Source: a virus
Virus record (IMG/VR): IMGVR_UViG_3300033153_008361
Span: 1 to 64,000 of that record
Length of the DNA: 64,000 bases
Reading direction: 5' to 3' (one strand)
Below, in pieces: positions 54,131 through 62,490 of this stretch. The position numbers and the translations under genes were made by a program. A model generated the notes under the pieces. That model saw nothing but the letters and a program-made list of their open reading frames with translations. It did no database searches and was not told the origin of the DNA. Each line of letters opens with the position of its first letter. Position 1 is the first letter of the stretch.

Positions 54131-54238
54131 AAAACGCCTGCTATGTTCTGTCAGGGGCGGCTTCGGAGACCCCCGACCTCTCCGTTACGCTCCTTGAACC
54201 GGCTTACGCCGCCCCTGACAGAGGGTATCAGGCGTTTT
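54131..54238. promoter_or_regulatory. 108-bp compound inverted repeat with T tracts on both strands
   Basis: The arms are AAAACGCCTG + CTGTCAGGGGCGGC and GCCGCCCCTGACAG + CAGGCGTTTT. They are 10 and 14 bp and are split by a 7/7 internal loop. The apical region contains GGAGA/TCTCC. Confidence 0.6.
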
Positions 54239-54255
54239 TGTATCAGGAGACCACA

Positions 54256-55194
54256 ATGAGCATTCAAATGATGACCTTGGTCTACCAGTCGGGATTAGGA
54301 AAAAGTCAGAAGTCCGTTGCCCTGGCTTATGCTGACCACGCGGACGATGAGGGGCGAAACATTTATCCATCTGTAGAATACATGGCTTGGAAAACAGGCT
54401 ACTCAGAAAGACAGATACAACGAGTTACCAAAGAACTCCTGGCCGACAGAATTTTAATCAGAGAAGGAGTCGGCCAACACGGAACAAATAAATTCCGCCT
54501 CTCAGCCGACAGACTTCCCAAAAGACCCCCATTCAGACCCGAAACCGAAAACCCATATATGGGGGGTGACAAAATGTCACCCCCGACATTTACGACACCA
54601 AAAATGTCGTCAATGTCACCCGATCCATCAGTTAATCTTTATAAAGAAAAGGAAACTAACTTTAACTGGATGGAAATACCGGTAGATATGGATTTGCTTG
54701 ATGATGGGGCCGAACTTCTTCAACAAATGACTTCTGAGATTGCTGGCACTTGCAAGGGGCATTGTAATCCCTTTGATGAGCGCGATCCTATGGTTAGGGC
54801 AGCGGCAACCCTCGTTATGCACAGTCGAACGCCTGAGCAGGTTCATAGCTTCCGGGACTGGTGGAAGGAAAACGGTCACTATGAAGGAAAGCCAGCCGTT
54901 AAATCTCTGCTCGATGAGTTAGAGAATTGTATTGACGAGATCCAGATTGACAGGAGCAATCGGCCGGACCAAGAAACAAATCAGGCTTGGGCCGAAATGT
55001 TAGAGTGGCGGGGCAAAAAAAGGAACGCCGTGGATTTCACCTCACCTGTAACGCAAAACGTGATAGGGCGTATGGGTGAAAGCAGATTCAGAAACATGGG
55101 GAAGCACAATGAGAAAACGATAGAAAGAGAGTTCAAACAACTATTCACAGCACTAAGGAGTGAGCGAAATGAGTCAAGGATCACCACAGGATGA
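54256..55194 (+). CDS. replication initiation / helicase-loader-like HTH protein
   Basis: ATG 54256 follows AGGAG. The N-terminal winged-helix region (SVEYMAWKTGYSERQIQRVTKELLADRIL) resembles HTH_36-type phage replication proteins. It sits immediately upstream of dnaB. Confidence 0.55.
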   Translation: MSIQMMTLVYQSGLGKSQKSVALAYADHADDEGRNIYPSVEYMAWKTGYSERQIQRVTKELLADRILIREGVGQHGTNKFRLSADRLPKRPPFRPETENPYMGGDKMSPPTFTTPKMSSMSPDPSVNLYKEKETNFNWMEIPVDMDLLDDGAELLQQMTSEIAGTCKGHCNPFDERDPMVRAAATLVMHSRTPEQVHSFRDWWKENGHYEGKPAVKSLLDELENCIDEIQIDRSNRPDQETNQAWAEMLEWRGKKRNAVDFTSPVTQNVIGRMGESRFRNMGKHNEKTIEREFKQLFTALRSERNESRITTG

Positions 55195-56527
55195 GGATGT
55201 TTTTGCAGTACCTTCGGAGATAGAAGCGGAAGAAGCGGCTCTTGGCAGCTTGTTAATTGATCCAGAGGCCATCCATGATGTTTCATATTTTCTAAAAGCA
55301 GATCATTTTTATAGAATTACCAACGGCTGGATATTTGAAGCCATCCTTGAACTTTCAGAAACGGGGACGCCGGTTGATCTTGTCACACTGTCATCGAACC
55401 TAACTGCAAAGGAACAACTAAAAGAAATAGGCGGGGAAGCCTATATTGTCGGCCTCATCAACGCCGTACCAACATCCATCAATATTGAAGCCTATGCAAA
55501 GCTAATTACTAACGCGGCCAAAAAGCGGGCACTCATCAATGCCGCGAGGGAGATAACTACCCTGGCATTTGATGGCGAAATCAGCGCCAGCGATGCGATT
55601 GCCCAAAGCGAAGAAGCCCTCTTTGATGTCGCCCTGGCCGAACGTGACGGGAAAGCTACCCGTCACATAGGGGACGTAGCCCGTGAGCACATAGACAAAA
55701 TGGAGCGGCTGAGCCAGGAAGGTGTATCAGATATGATCCCCACTGGCTTTATGGATCTTGACAAACTATTAGGCGGGGGGTTCGAGCAGGGCGCTCTGGT
55801 ATTAGTTGCTGCCGATACCAGCATGGGTAAGTCAAGTTTTGTCCGGCAAATTATGTTCAACGCGGCCAAAGAAGGGCATAGCGGGGCGATGTTTACGCTC
55901 GAAATGCCAGCCATTCAATATTTTCAGAGACAGGTTGCCTCAGATACGCGGATCCCGGTTTCCAGAATGAAGGCCGGGGGAATGGCGGACTCTGAATGGC
56001 CTACGTACTATCAGCATGTAGGGGAGTTATCGACCCTGCCAATGGACCTGGACGATACACGGCTAACAACCTCACAACTGCTCAGCAAGTGCCGGAGAAT
56101 AAAAATGAAACGCGGCCTGAAAATAGCCGCTGTGGATTTGATGCACCAAATGGACGTTGAAGAACCGTACCATAACGAGACTCAGCGGCTGGCGGTTCTT
56201 TCTCGGCGCTGCAAGCAGATCGCTATGGAATTAAAGATCGTCCTCATTATTGTCTTGCAACTGAACACCAAGCAGATCGCACAAAGGCAGGATAACCGAC
56301 CCACAATTGCCGATGTCCGAAACAGTAGCGACCCTAATGGGGACTCCGATACCATTATCCTCATCTATCGAGATGAATATTACAACCCCGATACCAGTGA
56401 ACGGCCGAATATCGCTGAGATAACCGTAGCCAAGAACCGTGACCAGACTACAGGCACAGCGGATCTCTATTGGCACGGGCAACTAATGTCGTTCAGAAAC
56501 TTACAGCGTAGGGAGATTACACTATGA
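55169..56527 (+). CDS. dnaB: replicative DNA helicase DnaB
   Basis: The N-terminal block is SEIEAEEAALGSLLIDPEAI and Walker A is DTSMGKSSF. It also has IIVLQLN and the RD..Y C-terminal blocks. ATG 55169 follows AAGGAGTGAGCGAA. Confidence 0.9.
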   Translation: MSQGSPQDEDVFAVPSEIEAEEAALGSLLIDPEAIHDVSYFLKADHFYRITNGWIFEAILELSETGTPVDLVTLSSNLTAKEQLKEIGGEAYIVGLINAVPTSINIEAYAKLITNAAKKRALINAAREITTLAFDGEISASDAIAQSEEALFDVALAERDGKATRHIGDVAREHIDKMERLSQEGVSDMIPTGFMDLDKLLGGGFEQGALVLVAADTSMGKSSFVRQIMFNAAKEGHSGAMFTLEMPAIQYFQRQVASDTRIPVSRMKAGGMADSEWPTYYQHVGELSTLPMDLDDTRLTTSQLLSKCRRIKMKRGLKIAAVDLMHQMDVEEPYHNETQRLAVLSRRCKQIAMELKIVLIIVLQLNTKQIAQRQDNRPTIADVRNSSDPNGDSDTIILIYRDEYYNPDTSERPNIAEITVAKNRDQTTGTADLYWHGQLMSFRNLQRREITL

Positions 56528-56829
56528 TCGGTCCAGATTATGAACAGATACAGGCGAACCCCAACGACTTCATTGATTTTGAATTGGTAAAACGAAGCAA
56601 CGTACACAGAATTGCCAGGACCTTTGGTGTTCCCATGAGATACTGGCTCCAAGGCCATAAAAAATATATATTGTGTAGTGAGAAAGATTGTGGACACTTC
56701 GGTCAGCTTCGATGGGCGCTCGATGAGAAAGGCAACTTCATTCCTGACCCGGAACAGTGGGGCTATTATTGTGGTATGCACTATTTTGAAAAGGTAGAAG
56801 TATGGACCAAGAACAACCGTTCGGAATAA
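56524..56829 (+). CDS. hypothetical protein
   Basis: ORF track. It has an ATGA junction with dnaB. Confidence 0.5.
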   Translation: MIGPDYEQIQANPNDFIDFELVKRSNVHRIARTFGVPMRYWLQGHKKYILCSEKDCGHFGQLRWALDEKGNFIPDPEQWGYYCGMHYFEKVEVWTKNNRSE

Positions 56830-58511
56830 TTACGGCCGACGTTGGAGAAGTCGCTGCAGCATGGAAGGGGGAGAAGAAGTTTCACGCGGTCTTTTGTGAC
56901 CCGCCCTATGGCCTCGGATCAGTTAAGGACATACGCGGCCTATTGGAAGCATGGTTAGCCGATGCTGAATATGATACCGGGAAAGGGTTCATGAACGCTG
57001 AGTGGGATGTCATTCCCCCACCGTCTGTATGGCGGGACATCCGGGAAAACATGGTATATCCCGGCGCGGTTCTCTTTGCCTATGGCGGGACCCGCACTTC
57101 CGATCTCCTGTCGCTTTCTATCCGGCTCGGGGGTTGGGAAAAGTTCGATGAGATCCTGCATTGGTCCTACGGCTCAGGCTATCCAAAGGTGTATGACATT
57201 GGGAAAGCAATTGATAAGGCCGCGGGCGAAGTCCGGGAAATAATAGGTCAAGGGAAAGGGACTTCACTAAAAAAGAGAAATGAACTAAATGAAGAACTAG
57301 GCTATCGACCTGGGGACTATTACGAGGAAAATGACGGTAGCTTTGATATTACTGCTCCAGCTAGTGAAGATGCCAAAAGTTGGGATGGCTATGGCAATCT
57401 GTTGAAGCCCGCCCAAGAGCCCATATTGTGCTTTCGTGCGCCATATGATGGGACATACGTGGACAGGGCTCTCACTTATGGCACATCGGCACTAAACATT
57501 GGCGGGGGTAGGGTATCAGCAAAAGGGGAAACATGGGAAAGAGAACCGAATACTATTAAACCAAATGATAGCATTGGAACATTTAAGACTGGAGTTCGAT
57601 CAATGGTACAGAATGAGGGGGGGCGCTGGCCCGCTAATTTAGTCCTTACGCACCTTCCAGGATGTCGGCCGGCGGGGGCGAAGAAAGTCAGGGCTACCAA
57701 ACAGCGGGTACAGAAAGACACCAAAACATATGAGTCTAATTCCCGAGCTGGGGATTCGACTCCGCCAGCCGGCCTCGCCACGAGTGGGTATGCGGACGAC
57801 GATGGTTTAGAGACCGTTATCAATTGGGAATGTATGGATGGATGCCCGGTGAAAGAAATGGGCGAACAATCTGGAATATTGAAAAGTGGGAAGGGCTCGG
57901 TCAAGAAAGCAAGTGCGGCCGGGTATTCACCAAACGCCTATGGAAAAGAAAACAGGCCCATAGGGACCAAGATGGTCGAACACGCGGACGAAGGTACGGC
58001 CGCCCGGTATTTTCTGCAAAGCCATTGGGCGCACGAAATCCATGAGCGGATCGCCATGGCACCGGGCGCTTTCTATCAGGCCAAGGTATCGAAGGCTGAG
58101 CGCAACGCCGGGGTTACTGGCGATGGCGGAACAGTCAACGACGGCCGTAAAAAGGAGATCGACAATGCCTACCAACGCGGAAGCACCCGTAAGAAAAACA
58201 ATCACCCAACCTTAAAGCCCATCGCCTTAAATAAATGGCTGGCTACGCTGCTTCTTCCAGCCGAGTCGGTAGGCGAACGCCGTCTACTCATCCCTTATTC
58301 AGGCGCGGGAAGCGAAGCTATAGGAGCTATGTTGGCCGGTTGGGACGCCGGTCTAGGGCTTGAAGGCGGGAAAGATTACGCCAGGATAAGCCGGGAACGG
58401 TTAGAGTTTTGGTGGAACTACTATCGCCACGGCGGAGATGATGTCCGCAAGATTCTCGAAAATTGGAAACCAGAACCTGATGATGGGCCTAAGCAAGCAA
58501 GGATGTTCTAA
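56802..58511 (+). CDS. DNA methyltransferase, beta class (N4/N6, PF01555-like)
   Basis: Motif IV is FCDPPYGLGS near the N-terminus. HPTLKP and the motif I-like PYSGAGSE lie near the C-terminus. Confidence 0.8.
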   Translation: MDQEQPFGIITADVGEVAAAWKGEKKFHAVFCDPPYGLGSVKDIRGLLEAWLADAEYDTGKGFMNAEWDVIPPPSVWRDIRENMVYPGAVLFAYGGTRTSDLLSLSIRLGGWEKFDEILHWSYGSGYPKVYDIGKAIDKAAGEVREIIGQGKGTSLKKRNELNEELGYRPGDYYEENDGSFDITAPASEDAKSWDGYGNLLKPAQEPILCFRAPYDGTYVDRALTYGTSALNIGGGRVSAKGETWEREPNTIKPNDSIGTFKTGVRSMVQNEGGRWPANLVLTHLPGCRPAGAKKVRATKQRVQKDTKTYESNSRAGDSTPPAGLATSGYADDDGLETVINWECMDGCPVKEMGEQSGILKSGKGSVKKASAAGYSPNAYGKENRPIGTKMVEHADEGTAARYFLQSHWAHEIHERIAMAPGAFYQAKVSKAERNAGVTGDGGTVNDGRKKEIDNAYQRGSTRKKNNHPTLKPIALNKWLATLLLPAESVGERRLLIPYSGAGSEAIGAMLAGWDAGLGLEGGKDYARISRERLEFWWNYYRHGGDDVRKILENWKPEPDDGPKQARMF

Positions 58512-58708
58512 TGGATCTAGAAAAATCTAAAATATGGGACGCGCTGAAAGCCTCTGGTTGGAATTATGTCGCTGGAAAAGAAGGTGATTACGTTCGCTGC
58601 CATTTATGTAAGAAGGTTCTTCGGCCGGATCTACCCAGATTTGTTTCGCCGGACAAAAAGAAATCGTATCATCGGTATTGTATAGCTCATCAAAAGCGAA
58701 ACGAATGA
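58511..58708 (+). CDS. hypothetical small protein
   Basis: ORF track. It has a TAATG junction and contains CHLC...H..C. Confidence 0.45.
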   Translation: MDLEKSKIWDALKASGWNYVAGKEGDYVRCHLCKKVLRPDLPRFVSPDKKKSYHRYCIAHQKRNE

Positions 58709-60192
58709 TTCATCTGATTAACGGTGACTCCCTGAGCATCCCCCTGGCCGACGAAACGGTCCACTGTATCGCTTTCTCCCCGCCATATTATTCGCTCCGG
58801 GACTATGGGGTTGAAGGGCAACTCGGCCGAGAGCCGTTACACGATTGTCACGCTTGGGCCATCGGCCGGCCGCCATGTGGAAACTGCTACGTGTGCAATA
58901 TACGCACTGTCATGAAAGAAGTTTGGCGGGTACTACACCCAACCGGCACTGTCTGGATAAACTTGGCCGATAGTTGGGTGCGCGATCCCAAGAAGGGCAT
59001 TAAGTACGAGGCCGGGGCCGGCACCTACATGAATAATCGACAGGCTGTCGAGAAAAACGTGGGCGCTCCAGTCCCGCCCGGTTTGAAACCCAAGGATCTT
59101 TATGGCATCCCTTACCGTGTTGCCCTGGCCCTACAAACTGATGGTTGGTATTGGCGGAGCAAACCCCCGTGGATTAAAAAGAACGCCATGCCATCGTCGG
59201 CCAGCGATCGGCCGGGTACATATCATGAGGAAATACTGTTCTTCTCGAAGGCTGAGCGATACTTCTATGACCGGTACTCGGTCCTCAGACCCGCTACCCA
59301 AGCATCATTAGAGAGATCAAGGCGGGCCGTCCATGATGGGCACAAGAATATCAACGGCGCTCCGGGACAAGTCCCGCACTCGATGGCCCGCTCCCGGCCG
59401 AACGTCAACCGGCACAGCTTCTCGCGCCGTGCGAAGGCTGAGACCATCCACCCGGACCAACAATACAGCCAGCACCGGGACGGCCGAGAAAACGAGTTCT
59501 ATGGATTGGACTGGCGAAACTGGCGGACCTCTGACACCTTCTTTGACTCCCTGTCCTTGGTCATCGAGCAGCAAAGGGAATATCTCAGTCACCTAGAACA
59601 GGTCCTGGCCGCGGGCGGATATTTGGTGGATGAGGAAGGGATGCCATTGGCCTTCCAGGTTAATCCTACCGGCTACGGTGGCAATCATTATGCTGTTTGG
59701 CCGCGGGCCTTGGTCAAGGACATGCTGAAAGCATCCACTTCCAGACATGGGGCCTGCCCCAGCTGTGGAAACCAGTGGCAACGGGAAATTGAGAAGGGAG
59801 AACCGCAGGCCCGCCATGACAATCCCAACCCGGTCCTTCCATACTCAGCCGACAGCGGCATGAAACACGGCCAAGGGGGTAGCACCCTTCATAAGACAGT
59901 AGAAATTATGACCAAGGGCTGGACGCCTACTTGCGATTGCAACCGGCCGGATGTTATCCCGCCGGTCGTGCTGGATTGCTTTGTCGGATCCGGAACCACC
60001 ATGATAGAAGCCAGGACGCTCGGGCTAACCGGGATCGGGATAGACCTTAAATTTAATAATCTTCTGGTGGACTGTCGCCAGCGGTTGGACCTGGACAAAT
60101 TAGAAGCCTTTGAGCAGGGTAGGGGGGCTGTGGTCCGGCCGCCCAAGAAAGGCCGTAAGAAGCCTAGCCCTAATCAACCTAGTTTATTTTAG
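58705..60192 (+). CDS. DNA methyltransferase, beta class (N4/N6, PF01555-like)
   Basis: ATG 58705 is in an ATGA overlap. Motif IV is AFSPPYYSL and C-terminal motif I is LDCFVGSGTT. Confidence 0.8.
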   Translation: MIHLINGDSLSIPLADETVHCIAFSPPYYSLRDYGVEGQLGREPLHDCHAWAIGRPPCGNCYVCNIRTVMKEVWRVLHPTGTVWINLADSWVRDPKKGIKYEAGAGTYMNNRQAVEKNVGAPVPPGLKPKDLYGIPYRVALALQTDGWYWRSKPPWIKKNAMPSSASDRPGTYHEEILFFSKAERYFYDRYSVLRPATQASLERSRRAVHDGHKNINGAPGQVPHSMARSRPNVNRHSFSRRAKAETIHPDQQYSQHRDGRENEFYGLDWRNWRTSDTFFDSLSLVIEQQREYLSHLEQVLAAGGYLVDEEGMPLAFQVNPTGYGGNHYAVWPRALVKDMLKASTSRHGACPSCGNQWQREIEKGEPQARHDNPNPVLPYSADSGMKHGQGGSTLHKTVEIMTKGWTPTCDCNRPDVIPPVVLDCFVGSGTTMIEARTLGLTGIGIDLKFNNLLVDCRQRLDLDKLEAFEQGRGAVVRPPKKGRKKPSPNQPSLF

Positions 60193-60201
60193 GAGAAGTA
60201 C

Positions 60202-60570
60202 ATGAACAATCAGCTAGATTTATTTCCAGAAAGGGTATTAGACCCAATCCAGATTGTCAGTCACGACCCTGACTCGACCCTAGAAGAACGTTTTTATGAG
60301 TTCCACGCCGCTAACCCGCATGTCTACACGGTTATCGTCAAGAAAGCCCTGGCTCTGCGGGAACGGGGCATAACCCATTTTGGTATGAAAGCCATATTTG
60401 AAAGCCTTCGATATGACGCTGCTTTGCAAACCGGGGGAGACGAATACAGGCTGAACAATAATTATACCGCCTTCTACGCACGATTGATCATGCGAAACAC
60501 CGCCGTTTTGAAAGATTTCTTTGAAACGCGGGAACAATCGGCCGTAGAATCGCCCCCTGATGGGCCATAA
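60202..60570 (+). CDS. hypothetical protein
   Basis: ORF track. It has an AGGAGAAG RBS. Confidence 0.55.
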   Translation: MNNQLDLFPERVLDPIQIVSHDPDSTLEERFYEFHAANPHVYTVIVKKALALRERGITHFGMKAIFESLRYDAALQTGGDEYRLNNNYTAFYARLIMRNTAVLKDFFETREQSAVESPPDGP

Positions 60571-60578
60571 CATATGTT

Positions 60579-60977
60579 ATGAACAAAATAAACGGGATTC
60601 AAGTACCAACTACGGCGGACAGTGCGGAATTACGCGCCTTCGTCCAATCTGTATACAAAAGCTGTGGCTGTAATTACACCCAAGCCGCGGCCCTTATTGG
60701 CGTCCACGGTGACACGGTTCGGAAATTGCTTCTCGATTTCCAGCAAGACTCCCAAGTCATCCGGGACCGGTTGGATATTAAGAAAACCAAAACCCGGCCG
60801 CGGGTATGGATGCCAACCAACAATTGTGATGCCGCTATGGAGAAGCTGCTCACCCATTATGAGAGACAAATTGTTTTTGACGCGCTAGTTCTGGCGCTTG
60901 GAAGGAAGGGGATACTGATCTCCGTGAATGAGACTATCCACCCTAAACGATATTATGAAAACAGGAGAGAGAAATGA
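60579..60977 (+). CDS. HTH protein
   Basis: YTQAAALIGVHGDTVRKLL is an HTH. Confidence 0.5.
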   Translation: MNKINGIQVPTTADSAELRAFVQSVYKSCGCNYTQAAALIGVHGDTVRKLLLDFQQDSQVIRDRLDIKKTKTRPRVWMPTNNCDAAMEKLLTHYERQIVFDALVLALGRKGILISVNETIHPKRYYENRREK

Positions 60978-61204
60978 TTAGATATGGACTTGGTAAAATA
61001 ACCTTATTTCTATTACTTTTGCTTGCTTATTCAGTTGCCTACGCCCGCGGTTACAGAAAAGGCATGTTTGACCAATGGATGACATCTTCATTATTAAGCC
61101 ATGTTCTATGGAACGGGACCGGTGAGAACAGCCCTGATGCGGCCGGCGGGTTTGATGGCCTTCTCAAATTCATGGAAGAGAAAAATGACAACCCTGACAA
61201 CTAA
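60974..61204 (+). CDS. small membrane protein
   Basis: The N-terminal hydrophobic helix is KITLFLLLLLAYSVAYA. It has an ATGA junction. Confidence 0.5.
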   Translation: MIRYGLGKITLFLLLLLAYSVAYARGYRKGMFDQWMTSSLLSHVLWNGTGENSPDAAGGFDGLLKFMEEKNDNPDN

Positions 61205-61466
61205 AACTTTTAGTGCATTTCCTAATGATATGCTACGAGGATATTGGTTTTCATTTCAAAACGATGAATGGGTACACGACTGGTGTAGCAAATCACCAAA
61301 TCATCATCATGACTGGATAGAGCATAGCGAACCCCTTTATACTTCGGACCACATATACAGCCAGCCGATGTTCATCCGTGATAAGCATGGCAACCCGGTT
61401 GTATATGAACGGTGGAATTTGCGTTGTAAACACTGTGGGGCAAAGAAAAAATATCCGGCTGATTAA
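61185..61466 (+). CDS. hypothetical protein
   Basis: Start moved to ATG 61185 (GGAAGAG upstream). The C-terminus contains CKHCG. Confidence 0.45.
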   Translation: MTTLTTKTFSAFPNDMLRGYWFSFQNDEWVHDWCSKSPNHHHDWIEHSEPLYTSDHIYSQPMFIRDKHGNPVVYERWNLRCKHCGAKKKYPAD

Positions 61467-61802
61467 CTAGAACGGAGCAAACAACTGTTCTAGGGTGTTG
61501 AATAGTCGGCCGTCAATAATCATATCGGTCGTGAAACGATACACGCGCCAGCCTAATACGCCAGCCGCATTGTACTTCTCGCAATCTTCCTCAAAGTGTT
61601 TGCCCCTAGTATGTGCCCCGTCAATCCATGTTCCCCCCTCAGCTTCAAAGGCAATCATGTATTTCGGCCACGCAAAATCAAACCGCCACTTGCGCTCATC
61701 ATGAAACCGGTATTCCTTTTCAGGATCTTCCAGGTACGGCCGATCCTCTGTTAGTTGAAACTGCCGAATCACCCCTGCCATATTATCTTCTAATTCAGTC
61801 AT
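61467..61802 (-). CDS. PD-(D/E)xK endonuclease-like protein (DUF559/Vsr-like, tentative)
   Basis: RFDFAWPKYMIAFEAEGG...GWRVYRF matches the D...E-x-E/K core and the C-terminal GW-x-V-x-RF of that fold family. Confidence 0.5.
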   Translation of the reverse strand: MTELEDNMAGVIRQFQLTEDRPYLEDPEKEYRFHDERKWRFDFAWPKYMIAFEAEGGTWIDGAHTRGKHFEEDCEKYNAAGVLGWRVYRFTTDMIIDGRLFNTLEQLFAPF

Positions 61803-62326
61803 TGCGGTGGCTCCTGGCTAACTAATATGGATGACAAGCTCCAATCCCACACAAGTTCCATTGTTGGGTCAGGAGAAAAACGGTCTAATGGAATTACCCA
61901 CATGCCAAATTCTTCCTGGAAACGCGGAGTGCGGTAGTCAGGATCTCCAAACGAATCATTACAAACGTAATCACCAAATCCCGGCAAAGTAACAACATTT
62001 GTGTTGTGTGGGTATCTTCCTGTCCACCCGGTTATACATGCGGCTGATTGATTCATCCATTCTAAGCGGGTATGAATGCCATTTGAAAAATAACTACAGT
62101 CAGAATCACATTGCCCCCGCCAATTATTCATCATTACCCATTGGCCTCCAATCCATTCGTAGGGCCAATAATTGAACGCCAATATGGGCATTTCTTCTAT
62201 GGGGGGAGCGACTAATGGATTATATATGGACGGCACTTTTTCTAATAACGTAAGCCAATCAACCAAAGGGAGACAAACATCATCAGGTCCAATAATGCAA
62301 AACAATAAATAAATTACCAATTTCAT
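61799..62326 (-). CDS. secreted hypothetical protein
   Basis: The N-terminal MKLVIYLLFCIIG is signal-like. It has an AAGGAG RBS. Confidence 0.55.
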   Translation of the reverse strand: MKLVIYLLFCIIGPDDVCLPLVDWLTLLEKVPSIYNPLVAPPIEEMPILAFNYWPYEWIGGQWVMMNNWRGQCDSDCSYFSNGIHTRLEWMNQSAACITGWTGRYPHNTNVVTLPGFGDYVCNDSFGDPDYRTPRFQEEFGMWVIPLDRFSPDPTMELVWDWSLSSILVSQEPPQ

Positions 62327-62346
62327 GGGAACTCCTTAAATAAGGA

Positions 62347-62372
62347 GAGGCCGATCCAAATGGATCGGCCTC
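62347..62372 (-). terminator. terminator-like hairpin
   Basis: GAGGCCGATCCA-aa-TGGATCGGCCTC is a 12-bp stem. The T tract is weak. Confidence 0.5.
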
Positions 62373-62490
62373 AAATACCTAGCTCGGGCAACTAGGGGTG
62401 GAAAGGAGTAAAAACCGCTAGGGGAGCGGACGCGGACTCGGGTAGCCTACACATAATTACATTATCCACATTTTTTATTATGTGACAATG

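Noticed and set aside
54151-54214. A tRNA-like element (GGGGCGG...CCGCCCC, a 7-bp acceptor-like stem), and the GTTCGATCC-like strings near 36446 and 35806.
   Set aside because: The enclosed 48 nt are too short and lack D, anticodon and T arms. The other strings have no complementary T-stem, and one lies inside a CDS.
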